NCBI GenBank assembly: GCA_041917695.1
Contig: JAYRXE010000037.1
Span: forward strand, 434,582-498,581
DNA from: Minisyncoccota bacterium
Lineage (GTDB): Bacteria > Patescibacteriota > Minisyncoccia > UBA6257 > GWB1-50-10
Length of the DNA stretch: 64,000 nucleotides
Direction: 5' to 3'
Part shown: positions 60,299 through 64,000 of the stretch, in pieces
Layout: each line of letters opens with the position of its first letter
Position numbering within the stretch: position 1 is the first letter of the stretch
Program-made: the position numbers and the translations under genes
The notes under the pieces: generated by a model
Database searches by the model: none
Told to the model about the DNA's origin: nothing
The model's input: only the letters and a program-made list of their open reading frames with translations

Positions 60299-61600
60299 TT
60301 AATCGTAAAGCCCCGGCTTGCGCAACCACTCAGGCTCCTGGCGAATCAGCAATTTCTCCGCCTGCGTTACGTCCGGAAGCAACGCTTTCACCACGCGCTC
60401 AAGACGCACGCCTTGCGAGCCCTTCACGAGTATCACGTCCCCGCGCTGGACCTTCTGCGCCAATTGCATGGCAAGCTCGTGCACGTTCGAGAATGAAAAT
60501 ATCTTTTTTCTCGGCATGCCTGCCGCAACGGCTCCCTCGCCGATAATCTTCCCGCGAATGCCGATGGTGAAAAGCAGGTCGGCGCTGTCGCGCGCCATGC
60601 GTCCCACGCTTTCGTGCGCTTCGAGCGTGCGGGGCCCGAGTTCCAGCATGTCTCCGAGGACAGCAATCTTTCGCTTCGCCGGCACCGATTTCAAGACCGC
60701 GAGCGCCTCTTCCATCGAGAGCGGAGCGGCGTTATAGGTGTCGTCAATCACGAGCGACTGTTTCACGCCCTTCAAGACGCGCTTCCTGCCTTTGGGCGGG
60801 AGGAACTCCGAGAAAATCTGGCTCGCGTTCAAAAGATTCACATTGAAAAGCAGGCCGATCGAAACCGCCGAGGCAATCGAGTAGGCGGCTGATTTGCCGA
60901 GCGAGCCCACCACGCGGAACGGGACCACGCTCCCGCCGTAGGAGAGTTTGAAACTCACGCCCATCGCGTGCTCTTCCACAAAATACCTGAAATTCAAAAT
61001 GCGCACATGCGCCTCCGGCGAAAAGCCGAAAGTAACCGTATGCGCGCGTGTAAGGGACTTTGCCGAACGCACCCGTTCATCGTCGGCATTCAGAATGGCA
61101 AACCCCGTCGCCGGGAGCGCGGCGATGAGCTTCGCCTTTTCCTTAAACATGGCGTCCGTTCCCGTGAAAAACTCGATGTGCACCGGCGTCTCCCCCATCG
61201 CCGTAAATACGCCGATATGGGGTTTCGCAATCTCAAGGAGGCGCTTCATGTCGCCCGGCCGGTCGATGCCGTACTCAAGGACCACCACCTCCGGGTATTC
61301 CTTGTTCCGCGTGACGATTTGCCGGAAGGCGGTCCACATGACGCGCACCCAGTAGCCGAGACCCGAGGGCGTCCCGAAATCGCCGATGATGGAAAGCGGG
61401 ACGCCCAGTTCGTTGTTGAAATTCTTCGAAGGCGCCCTGACGATGCGCTCGTTCTTCAGGATGCGCGCAATCGCCTCCTTTGCGGAGGTTTTGCCGACAT
61501 TTCCCGTTATGGCGATAATCGCCGGTTCATAGCGCGCGACAATGAGCCGGGCAAGATATTTCAGGACCGACTCGAGAACGCGCACGAGTATTTTTTTCAT
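60299..61600 (-). CDS. murF: UDP-N-acetylmuramoyl-tripeptide--D-Ala-D-Ala ligase
   Basis: ITG.VGKT, N.NNELGVPL, DDTYNA.P.SM, LGDMLELG, VKGS. Confidence 0.92.
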   Translation of the reverse strand: MKKILVRVLESVLKYLARLIVARYEPAIIAITGNVGKTSAKEAIARILKNERIVRAPSKNFNNELGVPLSIIGDFGTPSGLGYWVRVMWTAFRQIVTRNKEYPEVVVLEYGIDRPGDMKRLLEIAKPHIGVFTAMGETPVHIEFFTGTDAMFKEKAKLIAALPATGFAILNADDERVRSAKSLTRAHTVTFGFSPEAHVRILNFRYFVEEHAMGVSFKLSYGGSVVPFRVVGSLGKSAAYSIASAVSIGLLFNVNLLNASQIFSEFLPPKGRKRVLKGVKQSLVIDDTYNAAPLSMEEALAVLKSVPAKRKIAVLGDMLELGPRTLEAHESVGRMARDSADLLFTIGIRGKIIGEGAVAAGMPRKKIFSFSNVHELAMQLAQKVQRGDVILVKGSQGVRLERVVKALLPDVTQAEKLLIRQEPEWLRKPGLYD

Positions 61601-61604
61601 CGCG

Positions 61605-63206
61605 TTACTGCTCGAGGTTATCTGGTGGAATATGGTAGTAGTTCAGGAGAAACTCCGCAAGTTTCTTGAACGTGGGCACGACCGTGAGGCCGGCCGCTTC
61701 GCCGTGCGCCGGCCGTTCGAGCTTCACCAGCACGGTGAATTTGGGGTCGGTAGCGGGCGCAAAACCAATGAACGTGTGGATCATTTCTTCGGTATACCTC
61801 CCGCTCTTCGGATCGGCGATGAACGCCGTACCCGTCTTTCCGGCAATGTTGTAGTTCGGAATGACCGCGACGCGGTTCTTTACGACGGTCGACGCGAGTA
61901 TCTCGCGCACGGTCTTCGCCGTTTCAGGCTTCACGACCCGGTGCACCACTTCGGGCTTTTCGCTTTTCAAAATATACGGCTTCATGAGCACGCCGTCGTT
62001 CGCGAGCGCGGAAAAGGCGTTGATCATGGCGAGCGGCGTCACCGAAACGCCCTGTCCGTACGCTGCCGTGCCGAAATCGATGGCGCGCACATCTTTGCGC
62101 ACGAGATTCCGCAAATTGCTCACGATCTCGCCGGGAAGCGAGACGCCGGTTTTCTCCGTAAAGCCGAATGCGGAAAGATATTTATAAAAAGTTTGGTGTC
62201 CCGTGAGGCGCTCTGCATAGATGGCGCCCGTATTGATGGAATTCTGGATCATTTCCCGCATCGTTATCTTCCCGTACACGCGATCCTCGAAGTTGTGGAT
62301 GGTCATGCCGTTTAACGTGAAACTCCCCGTGTCTACGAAGGTGGTTTCGGGGGTCAGCGCGCCCGAATCGAGACCGGCGGCGAGCGTAAGCGGCTTGAAA
62401 ACGGAACCCGGCTCGTAAATGAGCTGAACCGCGGGATTCAAGAAGTTCTTCAACTCCGCCTGGTTGTATTCGTTCGGATCGAACGTCGGATTCGATGCCA
62501 TCGCGAGGATTTCGCCGGTCTTCGGGTTTTGGACGATAATCGTCCCGCCTGCGGCGCCGTACTCGGCAACCAGATTTTCCAGGAGCCCTTCCGCCGTGTC
62601 CTCGATGGCGCGGTCAATCGTGAGGTGCACCTCCTCTCCGCGCGCGAGCTCCGCATCGAACATTTTCTCGATGCCGTAGAGCCCTTCCGGCGTTCGGGTT
62701 TCACCCCGCTTGTCGACGAAGCCAACGACATGCGCGCCGAGTTCTTTGAACGGGTAGTACCGCCCCTGGCGGTTCTCGATTGATACGCCTTTCAGTTTCA
62801 AATTTTCTATCTGGACGACTTCCTCATCGGTGGCACGCGGGAGAAGCAGAAGGTATTCGCTCCCCTCTTCTTTTTTCTCCGCGATTTTTTTCGCCAATTC
62901 CCCCGCATCCATATGCACGATGGGCGCGGTAAGCGAGGCCGCGGCACCCGGGTCCTGGACATCGCGGGGCGAAACGAAAATCGAAGGATAGTCCTTTACG
63001 AGCGCGACCGGCACGTCGCTTCCCGAACGGTCAGTGAAAAAGATCTGCCCGCGCTCGGCGATTCCCTGCGTGTCAGCCTGCGAACCGCGCGCTTCTTCCG
63101 TAAAGAGGTCGTTGCCGTGTATCTGTACCGCATAGAGGCGGGCGCAAATTCCCCCATAAAGGGCGATAAAGACGGCAAAGACGAGGAAGAAACGCGTTTT
63201 CATCAC
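61605..63206 (-). CDS. ftsI: Class B penicillin-binding protein (FtsI/PBP3-like)
   Basis: RGQI..R, YEPGS.FK, S.N, AYGQG, AGKTGTA; rsmH-ftsL-ftsI context. Confidence 0.88.
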   Translation of the reverse strand: MMKTRFFLVFAVFIALYGGICARLYAVQIHGNDLFTEEARGSQADTQGIAERGQIFFTDRSGSDVPVALVKDYPSIFVSPRDVQDPGAAASLTAPIVHMDAGELAKKIAEKKEEGSEYLLLLPRATDEEVVQIENLKLKGVSIENRQGRYYPFKELGAHVVGFVDKRGETRTPEGLYGIEKMFDAELARGEEVHLTIDRAIEDTAEGLLENLVAEYGAAGGTIIVQNPKTGEILAMASNPTFDPNEYNQAELKNFLNPAVQLIYEPGSVFKPLTLAAGLDSGALTPETTFVDTGSFTLNGMTIHNFEDRVYGKITMREMIQNSINTGAIYAERLTGHQTFYKYLSAFGFTEKTGVSLPGEIVSNLRNLVRKDVRAIDFGTAAYGQGVSVTPLAMINAFSALANDGVLMKPYILKSEKPEVVHRVVKPETAKTVREILASTVVKNRVAVIPNYNIAGKTGTAFIADPKSGRYTEEMIHTFIGFAPATDPKFTVLVKLERPAHGEAAGLTVVPTFKKLAEFLLNYYHIPPDNLEQ

Positions 63207-63493
63207 TCGGAATAGGTGAAATAGTGCGGACGGCGCTCCAAAACGAGCGCGGAGGCGGTGGCAGCCGCTTCAAGCACGCGGACGTCGGTTGCCGCATACA
63301 AATCGCGCTTGAGCTCTGCATTTTTGACTGCCGAGCGCTCTATCGAGCTCGAGAGCTTCCGTTCTTCGGCGCGGAGCGAGGCAAGCCCGTTATATTGGAG
63401 CACGAGCGCGACGCCGCCGACCAAAACGATGGCGGTCAAATACGCCAGGAATTTTACGTTGTTTTTTTGCTGGGAGGGATTGAATATCGTCAT
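63203..63493 (-). CDS. FtsL-like cell division protein
   Basis: TM plus coiled coil between rsmH and ftsI. Confidence 0.65.
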   Translation of the reverse strand: MTIFNPSQQKNNVKFLAYLTAIVLVGGVALVLQYNGLASLRAEERKLSSSIERSAVKNAELKRDLYAATDVRVLEAAATASALVLERRPHYFTYSE

Positions 63494-64000
63494 ATGATTT
63501 TTATTGCGCGGAGTTTCGACGATCGCGAGCGCGGATTCTCCGAAATCTCACGCTCGGTGGGAACGATGGGACGCTTGGTAAGGAGTTCGGCCTTTTTCGC
63601 GGCGCCCAGTTTGCGGAAGGCGTCTTTCACGAGCGCGTCCTCAAGACCGTGAAAGGAGATGACGGCGACGCGTCCGCCGGGCGCCATAATCTCCGGTATT
63701 TTTGAAAGAAAAGCCTTGAGGGTGCCGACCTCGTCGTTCACGTAGATACGGATGGCCTGGAAGGTAAGCGTTGCGGGATGGATGCTTTTCGCGCGGGGCG
63801 CGCCTTTCACCCGTTCGACGACCCGGGCAAGCGCGCGCGTCGTGAGTATCCGTTCATTTTTCCGTTCCGCGACGATTGCATGCGCGATGCGGCGGGACGC
63901 CCCTTCTTCGCCGTAGACGTGGATAATCTCGTGAAGCGCTTCCTCGCCGAAGGTGTTCACCACTTCCGCGGCGGTGATGCCGTTCCGCCGGTCGTAGCGC
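63490..64000 (-). CDS. rsmH: 16S rRNA m4C1402 methyltransferase (5' part outside window)
   Basis: HPAT..FQAIRI.VN.E, ISFH.LED..VK, NPRSRS.KLR. Confidence 0.95.
   Translation of the reverse strand, partial: RYDRRNGITAAEVVNTFGEEALHEIIHVYGEEGASRRIAHAIVAERKNERILTTRALARVVERVKGAPRAKSIHPATLTFQAIRIYVNDEVGTLKAFLSKIPEIMAPGGRVAVISFHGLEDALVKDAFRKLGAAKKAELLTKRPIVPTEREISENPRSRSSKLRAIKII

Noticed and set aside
60299-61600. MurF lacking the usual N-terminal domain as a pseudogene
   Set aside because: ORF is intact, starts 4 nt after the ftsI stop and keeps all ligase motifs; short MurF appears usual in this lineage.

Overview
This is a chromosomal window from a small-genome bacterium, most consistent with Patescibacteria/CPR (Parcubacteria-like). 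That assignment is an inference from compact RpoB/RpoC, the CPR-type L28, DUF5663 and short MurF, an unlinked 23S-5S locus and many near-leaderless genes. The backbone lies mostly on the minus strand: rsmH-ftsL-ftsI-murF, tpiA-rodA-mltG-rpoB-rpoC-rpsF-ssb-rpsR, xseAB, prfB-ftsEX, rpsL-rpsG-fusA (no tuf), glmS, dusB, a UvrD-nuclease fusion, 23S+5S rRNA without 16S, class II RNR nrdJ, a csoR-copA copper operon and six tRNAs (Asn, Lys, Gly, Pro, Thr, Glu). The most striking unexplained structure is a family of ~110-200 bp structured elements directly 3' of tRNA-Gly, -Glu, -Thr and (degenerate) -Lys. Their ends mimic the T-arm/acceptor of whichever tRNA they follow, the Gly and Glu copies share a 40 bp identical core, and three of the four are followed by AT-rich single-gene cassettes with their own promoter and terminator. 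tRNA-Asn carries a two-cassette array with a duplicated promoter/operator unit. No integrase is present in the window. Other highlights are an unannotated 26-aa bS22/mS38-like gene, an RF2 lacking domain 1, an outer-membrane beta-barrel-like protein, a secreted tandem-repeat peptide, an AAAGGTC leader motif on secreted-protein genes, and a possible attenuator in the 23S leader. All calls are from reading the sequence; no searches were run.
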